From Eledone cirrhosa (lineage: Eukaryota), in assembly GCA_964016885.1 (NCBI GenBank), contig CAXHJY010000424.1, positions 124,001 through 188,000 on the forward strand: a DNA stretch of 64,000 nucleotides, read 5' to 3'. Shown one piece after another: positions 1-12,576 of this stretch (its first letter is position 1; every line of letters begins with the position of its first letter). The notes under the pieces are model-generated. The model was given only the letters and a program-made list of their open reading frames with translations. It did no database searches and was not told the origin of the DNA. The translations under genes and the position numbers were made by a program.

Positions 1-129
1 GCACACATATATATACATTAACATACAAGTATACACACACATATATATATATATACACATGTATATATGTATACACATATTTACACACTTTTAGATGTCC
101 GTTTGTCTCTTATGAGTTCTTCCGCCCTT

Positions 130-283
130 TGTCAATGTCTGTTTTTGTCCTGCAGGGTGTCCAAATAACACCCTCCTCACCAAGTAAACTTGGTGAGGTT
201 GCCGGTTTAGTCACCGACGACCCGACGATGAGACAGGTTGTACTGGGTTACATGTTGCCAGTCGCACTCAAGAATGACCCGAC
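130..283 (-). mobile_element. Dispersed structured repeat, probably the 5' UTR end of an RTE-clade LINE; followed by (TACA)n 283-350
   Basis: Clearly homologous to 47085-47238, with the same boundary GACC(C/T)GACATA next to a microsatellite. Contains hairpin CTCACCAAG-TAAA-CTTGGTGAG. The RTE assignment rests on recalled 5' UTR similarity only. Confidence 0.45.
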
Positions 284-1308
284 ATACATACATACATACA
301 TACATACATACATACATACATACATACATACATACATACATACATACATAAGTTCGCTCAGAGATATTTTTAATGAAAAAATGAATTTTGTTTTCATTGA
401 CCATAATACGGCCTTCCAACAGAAATACTATGTCTACCACAATAATGACTTTTTTCTAAAGAACAACACAATGTTTTAAGCACATAAGGAAATCTAACGT
501 ACACGATCCTTTAATTTTCTATGTCTTCGAGAGTGGCTTAAAAAAAAGGAGGAAATTACCTCCAAACTAGAGATCTCTCTTGAATGTTTGCAGCAGAGTG
601 AACTACGTTAAACGTAAAAAACATCCAAAGCGGTAGTGTTAAGCTGGATTACGTATTAAATCCATCACTGAAGACACTATAGAAGGCAAATAACCGTAAG
701 AAATATCACATCTCATCAGATGTTGTAACAAATCTAACTATACACCACAATAGATTATGGAAGACACATTTTACCACAATGAGGTGTGAAATTTGAGTGG
801 AAAGAGTCACGACAAATACCACAAAGTATTATGTTCGATGTTCTATCGACTCTGTCAATTCACCATCCTAAAGAACAATTAGATGTAAATGATCACATAT
901 ATAGATCGATAACTTCTCTATCAATCGCGATAGAGCTTACAAGACCTTACACTTTGTTTTTCAACAACTGTGAACAATGTGAAGATGTAAGACGTACTGA
1001 TATCTTATACATCTGACCATATAAATAACATAAGATTTAAACATGAAACACTAGAGAGAAGTTTGTCCTGTTGATCATTGGCTTCTCGTCTCCTTGGTGT
1101 CACAATACGGAATATTTGATATTACCTATGTATCTAGGTAGTGTAATGTGTCATGTGATATTTTAGTGGACAGGTAAGTCCTAATAAACTTCAACTCTCA
1201 TAGAGTCACACTGGAGCTATGACACGTCTTGTGTACAATTGATAAATTCAACTAAACTAATTTAAAACATCAACAAATATACAATATATAGCAATATGAA
1301 TTACTTAC

Positions 1309-1369
1309 AGTTGTTGTAGCTGTTTACGAATGAAAATGCTGCTAATACTAGTAGCAATTGGTACAACAT
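1309..1369 (-). CDS. Candidate first coding exon of a secreted host protein (signal peptide MLYQLLLVLAAFSFVNSYNN, phase-1 intron)
   Basis: Strong Kozak context ACCACCATG. 20 codons + 1 nt, then donor GTAAGT at 1308. Hydrophobic core with small-residue end. Upstream acceptor-like TTATGCAG|G at 1499. No downstream exon identified. Confidence 0.5.
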
Positions 1370-2049
1370 GGTGGTCAATTGGTTTATCTTATTTTCCTGT
1401 TGTAGAATGGTGATGGTTGTTATCTTCTTCGAAACAAGGACAGGTTTGACAAATGTCTTAAAAGATCGCTTTATATAACCTATAATAAACGTGATCACCT
1501 GCATAAATTAATTAATTGAAGAAATAAATTTATTTAGTTTAATAGTTTTTCCTAATTCCATATTCTAAAATAGCAACTTTCCCAATATTAAACTAGTGAG
1601 AAATGGGTGGAGCACTTTTCTTGCAGTTATAACAATGATATGAGAAACGTTTCACAAATTGGTTCAATAATCACAACTTTAATCACATGTTTGATAATGT
1701 GTAAAGAAACTGAATTTATTAGTAAAGTATTTCTTTAAACCATCTTTATTGATACTACATATGCAAATTAAAACAAACAGATCTTTATACAATTCATGAG
1801 AAGCAATTGTAAATGATTCCCGGGCATGAAATTTTCACGCCTAACGTTAAGAGGAAAAGGAATTTTTTAAGCACGTTTTCTCCATGTGTAAATCAGACAT
1901 TTTTGTGGTTAAAAATATTATTTTTGTCTGCCTCTATTGTTTTACTAAAACGACAAATTCATACCAACCTAAACTTAGCCTAATCTCGTTTCCTGATCCA
2001 CAAATTTTGTGTAGGTTCTCTATTGTTTACACTATTTATAGCTAATAAA

Positions 2050-2470
2050 TAATATAGAATGTATGTTGACTATATAGTACTGTAATATAGAATGTATGAT
2101 GACTATATAGTACAGTAATATAGTAGGTATGTTGATAATATAGTACTGTAATATAGAATGTATGTTGATTATATAGTACTGTAATATAGAATGTATGATG
2201 ACTATATACTACTGTAATATAGAATGTATGTTGACTATATAGTACTGTAATATAGAATGTATATTGACTATATAGTACTGTAATATAGAATGTATATTGA
2301 CTATATAGTACTGTAATATAGAATGTATGTTGAGACAATAGTACTGTATTATAGAATGTATGTTCATTATATAGTACTGTAATATAGTACTATATAATTA
2401 TATAGTAGTGTAATATAGAATGTATATTGACTGTAATATAGGTGAACCAAATAGTACTGTAATATATTCA
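2050..2470. repeat. 33-bp minisatellite (AATATAGAATGTATGTTGACTATATAGTACTGT)n
   Basis: About 10 direct tandem copies, decaying rightwards; explains the periodic ORF 2042-2338. Confidence 0.95.
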
Positions 2471-3285
2471 TCACTATATTGACTATAAAGGCAAAGTGTT
2501 TACAAATCTTTATTCATACAGTTTCGGCTAAAATATCTATAGATGTCCGGTAGAATCTATAATGGGCAGTTTGTTATTCCAGCCAAATGACCAAACTCCT
2601 CATGAGATCGTTGACGACTATTAAACAGAAACCAGATAGCAGCCAGGACATTTTAAGTTTCCTTGACGATAAGCAAATATTACCTAGCTTCTACTGCCAT
2701 TTTAGGTCGGAGTGTCACAAAACTTTCGGCAACCTTAACTTGCTCACTCTCTCTCTAATTCATTCACCTCCGATTTTACCCTATATCTCTCTTATATTTA
2801 TTGGGACGTACGAATTCCACCTCTTTGCACACATTTTAAATCAACAATCTCTTACAATATCCCCTACTCTTATCTATATCATTTCTAATACCTTTATTGC
2901 CAGAGATTCTATCTAAACCAATTTTTCATATCAATATGTTATGATTATGTAATTTCCATGAATTCCTCGATCGATTTGGTTACGTAGTTTCCAAATCATT
3001 TTTGACGAAGTAATAAAAGTTTGTTTTAGAGAAAACTGGTGTATTCCTTTTTCTCTCTTGTTACATTCCAGCATCGCTTATGTCAGCTTTTCGTTAATAC
3101 AAAAATAACGGATGGCATTTTGTTGATGACATTAATATATGCTATCCATATGCTATTAAATAAAACTAGTAGAAAAACCGCCCATTGTGTGGTTTTCTGC
3201 TAGTATATGTAGTGTGCTTATTGGTTTTATATGCAAATATATATGCTTATAGATATATGTAAATTGAAAAGTAAATTGACAATAT

Positions 3286-3660
3286 CTTCGTCTTCGCCCG
3301 CTTATTTCTGAGAAGGTCGTGGGGGCAGAGTCCTCCTCAAACACTCCTTCCAGCGAGTCTGTCAGTAGCAAACATCTCTAACTGATCCAGCTGGATCCCA
3401 TAGCGTGACCAGCCAAGCTCATGGATGTTATCCAACTATCTTGCTCGGAGACTACCTACCTCTGGGTCTCTTGCTAGTTGGTTTTGTCTGTAAAATCTGT
3501 CCAGCGATTCTTTACTGAGGCATTCGAACCACATGTCCATAATATCGGAGCAGTGATCTCTCAATCCGGAGAAGTAGCGGCTCTACCAGGAGTGACTCTC
3601 TGGTCTCTGAGTTATGCACTTTATCGAGTAACGTTACCTGCTTCAGTGGAACCCCATTCA
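3286..3660 (-). mobile_element. RTE-clade LINE 3' fragment (C-terminus of ORF2)
   Basis: Translation VTLLDKVHNSETRESLLVEPLLLRIERSLLRYYGHVVRM...KRPRGR matches the RTE C-terminal 'LRWxGHVxRM...GxRxRGRP' pattern; contains stops. Confidence 0.75.
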
Positions 3661-3927
3661 CATGTATATAAATTTGAGCAACTTCTGTCCATCCGTCTGT
3701 CACAAAATGTGTGCGTGTGTGAATGTATGTGTGTGTAAAAGGAAGGGGATACACACATATATGACTCTAACTTAAAAACGGTGACACATACACACACACA
3801 TTTATATATGACACACACCCACATATATATATGACACACACACATATATATATATAACACATGTCTCTAATTTAGGAATGCCGACAAACTCATGTGCGCG
3901 CACATACACACACTGTCCTATTACCAC

Positions 3928-4355
3928 TTAAGAGCTTTGTCCCAGGCAAACATCCCCTCAATTTTGAAACCGTTTGGGTTGTCCAGAATTGATGAGAAGA
4001 GACTTGACGGTCTTACTCTGCGCACCTGATCAAGGGGCAGATGCCTTGTCTGGGACATCACAGTTAGGGACTTTTTTGCTTCTTCCCACATCCTGGATGC
4101 AGCAGTAAGGGAGAGAGACACAGAATCCGCAGCTGAACAGAACAAAATCTTAAAATACCGTGATCTGTAGGCTAACTACATTTTCCAGCCTGTGGCGTTC
4201 GAGATGTTTGGGGAAGTCAGGCTACTGACAGCGATATTCTTATCTTGACTGGCAGCTCGCCAAACAGAGGTAACTGGTGATGATCATGAGGGCGCTTTGT
4301 TGTTCCAGTACCCCAACCTCGCGTTCACCCGAGGTAACGCTGCAAGTATGCTGGC
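3928..4355 (+). mobile_element. CRE-clade non-LTR retrotransposon 3' fragment (restriction-like endonuclease domain), pseudogenised
   Basis: Reads LRALSQANIPSILKP..RLDGLTL..GRCLVWDITVRD..SH..AAEQNKILKY..YIFQPVAFEMFG..LFQ..RGNAASML. This is the PD-(D/E)xK REL pattern of CRE elements, with in-frame stops. Confidence 0.75.
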
Positions 4356-4444
4356 TTGCCTCAAAATTTATTACAGCGGTTTCCCAGTGCTCCCCGCAAT
4401 ATTGTTATCTTTTGCTCTGGTAGTAGCTCGTTTGTCCAACCCTT

Positions 4445-4620
4445 TCACCTGCCTTTTATTGTATGTGCTCCTAGATGTATGTATTACCTGCTTGTGTGTT
4501 GTATGTGGTCCTAGATGTGTGTCCTAACTGCTTTTGTGTTGTATGTGGTCCTAGATGTGAGTATTACCTGCTTGTGTGTTGTATGTGGTCCTAGATGTGT
4601 GTATTACCTGCCTCTGTGTT
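4445..4620. repeat. ~40-bp tandem repeat (TGTATGTGGTCCTAGATGTGTGTATTACCTGCTTGTGTGT), about 4 copies, likely CRE 3' UTR
   Basis: Direct repeats visible immediately downstream of the CRE fragment. Confidence 0.85.
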
Positions 4621-4954
4621 TTTCCTATTTCTTTTTTTCCTTTCTCTTTCCTTTGTATCATAATCTATAAAGCTCAGTGTGTGGTCATGCTCCTTCGTTA
4701 TAAAAATCTACGATATAGAATTTCTTCAATTTAAATTTATAATTCAGTACTCGAAATAGTTTCGATTGCCTCTTGACGCAGATAATTTTTTCAATTTCAC
4801 CCACAATTACGCAAAAAATAGATAAAACTCAATATTTTACGATTTTTCTCTCTCATTTATACTGCTGAACTCTTTCTACTACCATTCAAAATCTATACAA
4901 CTTCATACTTTCTGCTACTTTCTCTTTCAAAGCTTGATGGTGATACTGTCCGTT

Positions 4955-5659
4955 CACACCACTCCCTACTGTCTTAAATTTAGAAAACACATATCCTCTA
5001 TGAGGTTACTAAACCTGCTAGAAACAGCAGCTAACTCTCCCCCATATCACACCCCTCCCCACACCACTCCCTACTGTCTTAAATTTAGAAAACACATATC
5101 CTCTATGAGGTTACTAAACCTGCTAGAAACAGCAGCTAACTCTCACCCATATCACACCCCTCCCTACTGTCTTAAATTTAGAAAACATATCTTCTATGAG
5201 GTCACTAAACCTGCTAGAAACAGCAGCTAACTCTCCCCCATATCACACCACTCCCTACTGTCTTAAATTTAGAAAACACATATCCTCTATGAGGTCACTA
5301 AACCTGCTAGAAACAGCAGCTAACTCTCCCTCATATCACAACCCTCCCTACTGTCTTAAATTTAGAAAACACACAGACAACCATGCAGAACAACTCCATC
5401 GTAGCTCTGTTGTTCGGCTGGCATCGTCTACGCGCGTGTTGCGCAAGTACTGTGAAACAATAAATTTCAACACTTTTTTGAACAGAGATAATATCCATAG
5501 GCGAAACTACAATTGTCACTGCTGGCGCAGCTCATGCTTCCAGGTCTGAAATTCATTCACCCAGTGCCTGGCAGACAAAAAAGTGCTGCCATAAAATGGG
5601 TGGTGCAACCTAACTTTGGTAACTTAATGACCCCGAGCAACGCCGGGCTTTAATGCTAG
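4955..5659 (+). mobile_element. Non-autonomous Helitron-like element, 3' part with internal ~92-bp tandem repeats (4955-5372)
   Basis: 3' hairpin CCCGAGCAACGCCGGG (5632-5647) followed by CTAG|T (5656-5660). CTACTGTCTTAAATTTAGAAAAC recurs at 4966, 5072, 5165, 5255 and 5348. The 5' end is not defined. Confidence 0.6.
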
Positions 5660-5744
5660 TATATTATATTTGTTTGTGTTTTCGTTCTGTAAGTATTATA
5701 TTATTATATTTTTTAGACAACTGTGAATAAAACCTGTAACAACA

Positions 5745-5853
5745 AATAATTGCTTCTAATATTGGCACAAGGCCAACAATTACTCCAGTACATTACTGGT
5801 ACTTTATTTGATCGACCCTGTAAGGATGAAAGGCAAAGTGAACCTCGGCGGGA
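5745..5853 (-). mobile_element. SINE 3' fragment (same family as 11467-11658)
   Basis: Reverse-complement match to the SINE core and tail. Confidence 0.85.
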
Positions 5854-6033
5854 TGTGTGAATGTATTTCTGTGAGTGTATATTTTTGTATGTGTGTCTGT
5901 GTTTGCACGATTAGTTATATACTCATACATATAAATGTATATATATGCACATACGCTCACATGTACATATACGCACACACATACACAGCAGCGAGTTTAC
6001 AAACACCCTAATCTCTTCATTTCTCTCTCTCTC

Positions 6034-6080
<47 letters not shown>

Positions 6081-6373
6081 GCACATTGGCATACGGTTGG
6101 ATAATACTTGTATCCCTATATGTATTTTTTACACGTAGGAACACATACTTTATTATTATTAATCTCCCCTAAGGTTGAGATAACATTCTGGTCGTTTGAA
6201 CTGCTGCTATTTCTAGTGGCAGGACATTGACCTGTCCGCCCTTGCCTTCTGTCTTTACACACGGCACTAGACAAAATTGGTTCCTTCCTCATTCACTCTC
6301 ATCCGAGAACGGTTTTGTATGGCACCAGTTTGTGATTTGACCTCGGAAATTTTATATTCTCCGAGCGAGAAGA

Positions 6374-6457
6374 ACTTTCTGATGAGTGTCCCCTTCTCAA
6401 TGAAAGTCCGCCTGGATTATCCATTTATTTTGGGATTTGAAACCGCCCGGTAAAGGT
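6374..6457 (+). ncRNA. Type I hammerhead ribozyme motif with long stem II, inside a TA-flanked insert (6078-6535)
   Basis: Stem I ACTTT/AAGGT, CTGATGA (6379-85), stem II GTCCC..GGGAT with ~40-nt insert, GAAA (6439-42), stem III CCG-CC-CGG, GUA triplet. Confidence 0.7.
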
Positions 6458-6525
6458 ACATATAGTAAGTACAGCGAACTTTTAAATTTTTATTTTAAAA
6501 CTTTTTCTCTATTTGCTAAACCTTG

Positions 6526-6567
<42 letters not shown>

Positions 6568-6754
6568 TTATTTAATACATTCACAGAGAAAGCCTTAAGC
6601 GATACTCTGACCAACTCCATCTCACTCAACAAACATTAGGATATACCTAAGTATTTTCCCAATTTAGTGTTTGGGGTGTTAACTAATCAGTATTTCGTGG
6701 ATAGCTGGTTGTATTATTTTATATGAGACATAATTAAATAAATATCTCTTTCCT

Positions 6755-6878
6755 TCCAGACAATCGTTTCGTTATAAGATTTCTACAATTTGGGATAAAT
6801 AATTTCCAGGTTATGTAGAAACTTGTATATAATCCATGGTTTTATACACAAGCAGGCTCTTATAAACTCATCAGTGGA
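6755..6878 (-). ncRNA. Type I hammerhead motif with branched stem II, inside a TA-flanked insert (6565-7075)
   Basis: Minus strand: TCCA-CTGATGA-GTTTATAAG...CTTATAAC-GAAA-CGATTG-TC-TGGA; two internal hairpins lie within stem II. Confidence 0.7.
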
Positions 6879-7104
6879 TGCCCAAATAATATCGATATAA
6901 AAATTACATCGACATTAATAGATTAGTGATGGTCTCCTTCAGCGCTAAAAAGAGACTGGTAGATTCGAAAATCCAGCATTCCTCTTAAAGATAAAATACA
7001 CGCTGCCCCCAATAGGGTAAGGGGAGGTAATCTTAAAATATAAAAGAATACACACGCTGGTCATTTAAACCTGATATATATAAATATTATCATTATTATT
7101 ATTA

Positions 7105-7460
7105 CTATATATATATAGCAAAGAATCGCTGCTTTCACCCTTAGCGGGATCTTCTGAAACTAAAAAAAAATCAATCTGTGAACACAGAAGTAAATAGTTC
7201 AAAAAACGTTGCAACCGAAGGAAAACAGGAAGACGTTACTTTGGTTCGTGAAGACGTTCCCTGGCAATGAACAGAAAAAAATGAAGATAATACGTCATTA
7301 TGTGGAGCGGTGAGAACAGATACACGCAAAGAGAAAAGCACGTTTATGGTATAAACGGAGTCGTAGACTCATATTCTATTTAGGAAACCGAATGATTCTC
7401 GGCTTAATGTAAATAAATTAGTTGAACGAAAATGACAGAGGTTATAACAATCATAAAAGT
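7105..7460 (+). mobile_element. 5' part of a non-autonomous Helitron-like family, interrupted by the SINE fold-back
   Basis: Homologous (reverse complement) to 25040-25390, which belongs to an element ending in a Helitron hairpin + CTAG at 24492. Confidence 0.6.
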
Positions 7461-7672
7461 AATAATAATTGTTTCTACTTTTGGCACAAGGCCAGCAATT
7501 ACTCAGTACATTACTGGTACTTTATTTTATCGACCCCGTAAGGATGAAAGCCAAAGTGAACCTCGGCGGAATTCACTTTGTCTTTCATCCTTACGGGGTC
7601 GATAAAATAAAGTACCAGTAATGTATTGGGTATTTGCTGGCCTTGTGCCAAAAGTAGAAACAATTATTATTA
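7460..7672. mobile_element. Fold-back of two divergent SINE 3' halves (~100-bp arms)
   Basis: 7460-7560 is the near-perfect reverse complement of 7572-7672. Confidence 0.9.
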
Positions 7673-8345
7673 CATAAAAGTAATAATAATTACTTATAAA
7701 CATACACACATCTATATACGTACATACATGTGCATAAACGAAAACACCCACCATGCATGCACGTACACATAAACACGCGCGCACGTACATAAGCCCGCGC
7801 AACACATACGTGTATATACATATAATTATATGTATATACACACACATATTTTTTATGTGTATTTGGTGTATACGTTCGTATGTGTGCGGGTACACTACTA
7901 AAAATAGCTGCTATATATTTCCATGGGCACTTAGTACCTGTGGGGATATTGATCTCATTTTATGTATATTCTCCCATGTGTAGTGAAAAAATCCGTTGTA
8001 TACCTAGCTGCGAATTTTTTTTAGTAGTGTGGCAAACAACACGTCTATAATAATCCCGCGTCTACTAACGACGAGTTCACGTGTAGGTTATGTTTACGAC
8101 CCCACTCGATCTTTCACTGGGTGGCTGAAGGCAATGTATTTACCTGCTAAGGAACTATATGTCCTATGTGAGGGAAAATGCTTTCTGAAAAGCCGATCTT
8201 TCCATTGGAAGTCCCTTGGATTTCCAATCTTTTGTGAGGCGAAACCGTCGGTAAAAGCAATATGGATAGGTAAATATTTAAATTGTATTTTGAATATATT
8301 TTGAAAGATTTTAAAAATTTTGCTTGTTCCGCTCATCTTAATTAT

Positions 8346-10972
8346 CTCTATCTCTCTATATATAAAACGGTAGATGTCTGTCTGTGTGTGTGTATGATTT
8401 TTATGCATTTCCACATTTCTCTACCGATTTTGATGATTCTTTTTCCAATGTGCTCCAAATTTACCAGAGCAGGTCAACGCCTAATTACTTTTGCCAAAAA
8501 TTTCCTGCTTCTATGAAAAGAAATCGCTAAAACTAAATAGATGCTGTAACCCTCTCTCTTACACGCTTCATTCCTCTCAATCTCCTCCGCAACTCTCTTT
8601 AAAAGGTTACTGCCTCGTCTCTGAAGGAACACGACACAAACTTTGATAACCCTCTCTCTTACACACTTCATTCCTCTCACTACCCTCAATCTCCTCCGCA
8701 ACTCTCTTTAAAAGGTTACTGCCTCCGTCTCTGAAGGAACGCGACACAAACTTTGATAACCCTCTCTCTTACACGCTTCATTCTTCTCACTACCCTCAAT
8801 CTCCTCTGCAACTCTCTTTAAAAGGTTACTGCCTCCGTCTCCATTACAGTTTAGAACAACGACAAATCTTCTCTCTCTATAATAGATCATTCACCCTCTT
8901 CGTTCGTCATACATCAAATATCAAAATTTAAAAAGCCGATAACACTAAATACATACTGCTCTCTCAACGTTACATTTTACATCAAATAACAAATATTCAA
9001 AAGCAACAGATGAATTTATAAAACAACAAACGTAACAATAACGATGCTTAAGCGTTCATTTACTTGAATCTCAACAAAGACATTATATTTTATTGTTGTC
9101 CTTTTTCAAATTTTTCTTTCTTTGTTTTTCTCAATATGAGACAAAAAATTAATGAGAAAACTTTTTTAACGAACGTCCGATTTCGATGATTTATTTTCCA
9201 GTGTGCTCCAAAATAACGCCCTGTTTACGCTCTTTTGTGCTATAACTCAGAGAGGCTTGGCTTACAGGTTTGACCTATTATTTGACGTGCATTCTTCATA
9301 GATCTTACTTAGCACTCACTTTCCACTTACTCACCGTTCAATTGAAAGTTTTGGCTACTCCCCCTTTCATGCTCTGCATAAATATTTACGTGTTCGGTCT
9401 CTGCATAAGTATTTACGTGTTCGGTCTTGCTACAATATAGTACTCACTTTAAACTAATTCAAAGTTCATTTGAAAATTTTCGCTACCAAACACATTCTTT
9501 GAATCTGCGGTCATGCCACCCCAAAAAAGACCACGACTTAGTCGCCAAACTAAAGCTGCTTCTGCTGCCAAACGAAGAAGAGCTACAGACTTGTCCGTAG
9601 AAAAATTGACTCGGTTGTCACAAAATGCAACTCGAAATGCAATTACCCGGGCAACCGAGACAGAAAAAAAGAGGAGCACCCGCCTTTCCGGAAATGCATT
9701 TGTAACTGCAGTTGCACGTGCAGCGCAAACTGATGAACAGCATTCTCGACGACGAAGCAAAAGTGCGGCCTCCACCGCTGCGGCACGTGACGGTGAGGAC
9801 GAAGAACACCGTTACAGTCGACGACGAAGAGATGCCGCCTCAATTGCTGCGTCACGTGCTGCCGAGGACGAAGGGCAGCGTTCCAGACGTCAACGTACGG
9901 ACGCCGCTTCAACAGCTTCCTTTCGCGCATCAGAGACTGCGCAAATTCAATTACAAAGGCTAAACGCCAACGCACTCCGCAGGATTGCTAAACGAGGTAC
10001 ACAGAGGATCAGTTGCACTCAGTGGTCTCATAAGGCTTTCCACTATGACCCAACAGTAAACTATGCACTGATGCCAGAAGTTCAGATTGGATCCATGTCT
10101 GTCATTTGCCAATGTTGTCGAGCAAAAGAAATGGCCTGGGGAGACTTCAGGGATGTGCTGCTCTGACGGCAAAGTGAAACTGCCTCCTCTACAGGAACCA
10201 CCACAACCTTTGAAGTCTCTACTGACCGGTGCCACAGCGGAGTCAGAACACTTCCTTCGATGTTCCAGGAGATACAACGCTGCCTTCCAAATGACCTCTT
10301 TCGGAGCTAACATCATACGCGAGGACGGTTTCATGCCTACCTTTAAAGTTCAAGGACAAATTTACCACAGAATCGGCTCGATACTGCCCACGACAGACGG
10401 ACAGCCCCAGTTGCTACAGCTATACTTTGTCACTGACTATTTGGACCAAGCGGAACGACACGCTTCAATTTCGCCTGGCACAGACATGAAAATTCTGTTG
10501 CAACTCCAGAGAATGCTGCACGAAAACAACAACTACAATCGCAGTTTTAAATGCGCATTGGAGGCTGCTCCGTTGCCAAATTTTGCTGTTATAATCGACG
10601 CTGACAGGAAGCCACCAGGCACCCACGCCAGACGTTTTAACACTCCCACGTGCAATGAAATAGCTGTGCTTCTTCATGGAGAACAGTACAACCAAGCGGG
10701 ACATCATACTTCAGTGTAAGGCCAATAGTCTGCAACGGATCAGCGAGACGCATAGGTCCTACGACGCATTCCAATATCCCCTACTTTTCCCATTCGGTGA
10801 CGACGGATACCACTTTGGAATTCCTTTGTGCAACAGCAACAAAACTGTTTCCTCTATGCAATTCTACACCTACCGATTCATGGCCCGCGAATGCTGCTTT
10901 AACCAACTCCACCGTGCAAGAGTACTCTTCAACCAGCTTGCTGTAGACGCATGCGCAAAGATGGAATCATAA
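8346..10972 (+). mobile_element. 3'-truncated autonomous-type Helitron
   Basis: 5' TCTATATATAAAA...GTCTGTCTGT-type start, three ~110-bp subterminal repeats (8545-8840) and Rep/helicase ORF remnants. Confidence 0.8.
9513..10972 (+). pseudogene. Helitron RepHel N-terminal region (frameshifted, truncated before the helicase)
   Basis: Motifs CQCCRA..CCSDGKV.LP, YNAAFQMTSFG, FKVQGQIYHRIGS.LP, QLYF, RRFN.PT.NEIA and SYDAFQYPLLFPFGDDG span three frames (9513-10166, 10087-10719, 10676-10972). Confidence 0.9.
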
Positions 10973-11466
10973 GTGTATGCAAGTTAAGTTTCTGGAAGAT
11001 CGAACAGTGGATTTACTTTCTCAACAGGCTTTCGTTCTGACGCCAGTCCGGTAGTGATGCCACATGTTACTCCAAAGGGAGGTAACCCCGGTTTATGGCG
11101 GTCAAATTCAAATTATGAGCAATGGAATAGGTTCCGTACACAAACTGAATTAAGCACTCAACCAGACCGTTATTAAACAAACATAAATAATTAACCAATC
11201 AATAGAATTGTCTAAATGAATTAATCAATTAATCATTAGGTCTAGGAGATAGTAATACAATATATATAAAAGAGCCACAGAATGTTATAATAAACCTACA
11301 AAAGTGTGGGACTAGAGTTGTTACTCAAAAATATTGTATTCATTATCTATCGTACATTCTGTGGCATCCTTTATAAAAATATCACAATAAATAAATCTAT
11401 GTTTAATGTAATAACAGCTATAAATAATTACGTAATATTATTATCATATACTTACCATGAGATCAT

Positions 11467-11658
11467 GGCGGTGGATTGGCAGTATCGGTAGAGGGTCGGA
11501 CGCCATGCTTTCCAGCATAGTTACGTCCCTTTACGATCTGAGTTCAAATCCCGCCGAGGTTGACTTTGCCTTTCATCCTTACGGGGTCGATAAAATAAAG
11601 TACCAGTAATGCACTGGGTAATTGCTGGCCTTGTGCCTAAAGTAGAAACAATTATTAT
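11467..11658 (+). mobile_element. Full-length tRNA-derived SINE (Meta-domain-like core)
   Basis: A box TGGCAGTATCGG, B box GAGTTCAAATCC, core GCCTTTCATCCTTACGGGGTCGATAAAATAAAGTACCAG, (ATT)n tail. TTATTATCATATACT is duplicated on both sides. Confidence 0.9.
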
Positions 11659-12006
11659 CATATACTCATAGTAACAAAACAATTGTGTTGAAAATTAATA
11701 TGATGCTTATATGAACGATCAAATCTATAATGATAATTTTATAAATATACTAATATTAAAATAATTTAGTTATATATTTACATTTTCATCGAACTATAAC
11801 ATTAACAATTATATTGTATCATCAAATTTTTATCACTGCAAACTTTCATATTGGAATTACCTTAAGCCATTTATCATTACTTCGCTTTCGTACTTTTACA
11901 GATGTAGATATTCGGCTGTATCTTATATCTAATATCATGATCTCATGGTAATTTGCATGCAGTGTAAAATAGGTTTATTAATAACTTTAATATGAAATGT
12001 ATTATA

Positions 12007-12094
12007 CAGGGCTGCGGAGTCGGCCAAAAATTGACTGGCTCCAACTCCTTATCCGATACTCCATTATTTCCTAAATTTCAGCTCCGCAGCCCTG
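12007..12094. mobile_element. 88-bp hAT-type MITE
   Basis: 13-bp TIRs CAGGGCTGCGGAG / CTCCGCAGCCCTG; 8-bp TSD GTATTATA/TTATTATA (7 of 8 match). Confidence 0.8.
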
Positions 12095-12383
12095 TTATTA
12101 TAATAATTTATTTATTTTATAGTTGTAAATCATATTTTTATGTTACACTCTAAGAATGAACTAAGTAATATAGTGTAAAAAGAAAGGCATGGTTGGTTTA
12201 AGCTAATGTCCAATATCTCATATTAGATGTTTAGTAATGATTAATACGAAATGCACTTAAACCGAATTCTATATTATAAATTCACTTAATTAATTATCGT
12301 GTCGTCTTGAGTTCCTTATGAGTCTCTTTTTTTATAAACGGATGCTACAGATTTTATAAAAAAAGAGACTATGAGTATATGAT

Positions 12384-12576
12384 AATAATTGTTTCTACTT
12401 TTCGCACAAGGCCAGCAATTACTCCAGTGCATTACTGGTACTTTACTTTATCGACCCCGGAAGGATGAAAGGCAAAGTTAACCTCGGCGGGATTTGAATT
12501 CAGATCATACAGGGAGGTAACTCTATGCTTCAAAGCATGGCATCCGACCCTCTACCGATACTGCCAATCCACCGCC
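12384..12576 (-). mobile_element. Full-length tRNA-derived SINE (inverted copy)
   Basis: Reverse complement of 11467-11658. Confidence 0.9.

Noticed and set aside
662-722. CTGAAGA...GAAA and reverse CTGATGA
   Set aside because: No stem I or stem II pairing; chance core words.
4955-5372. ~92-bp tandem repeat as a second ribozyme array
   Set aside because: CTATGAGG...GAAAC does not give a CUGANGA core with closing stems; it looks like a Helitron-internal minisatellite.
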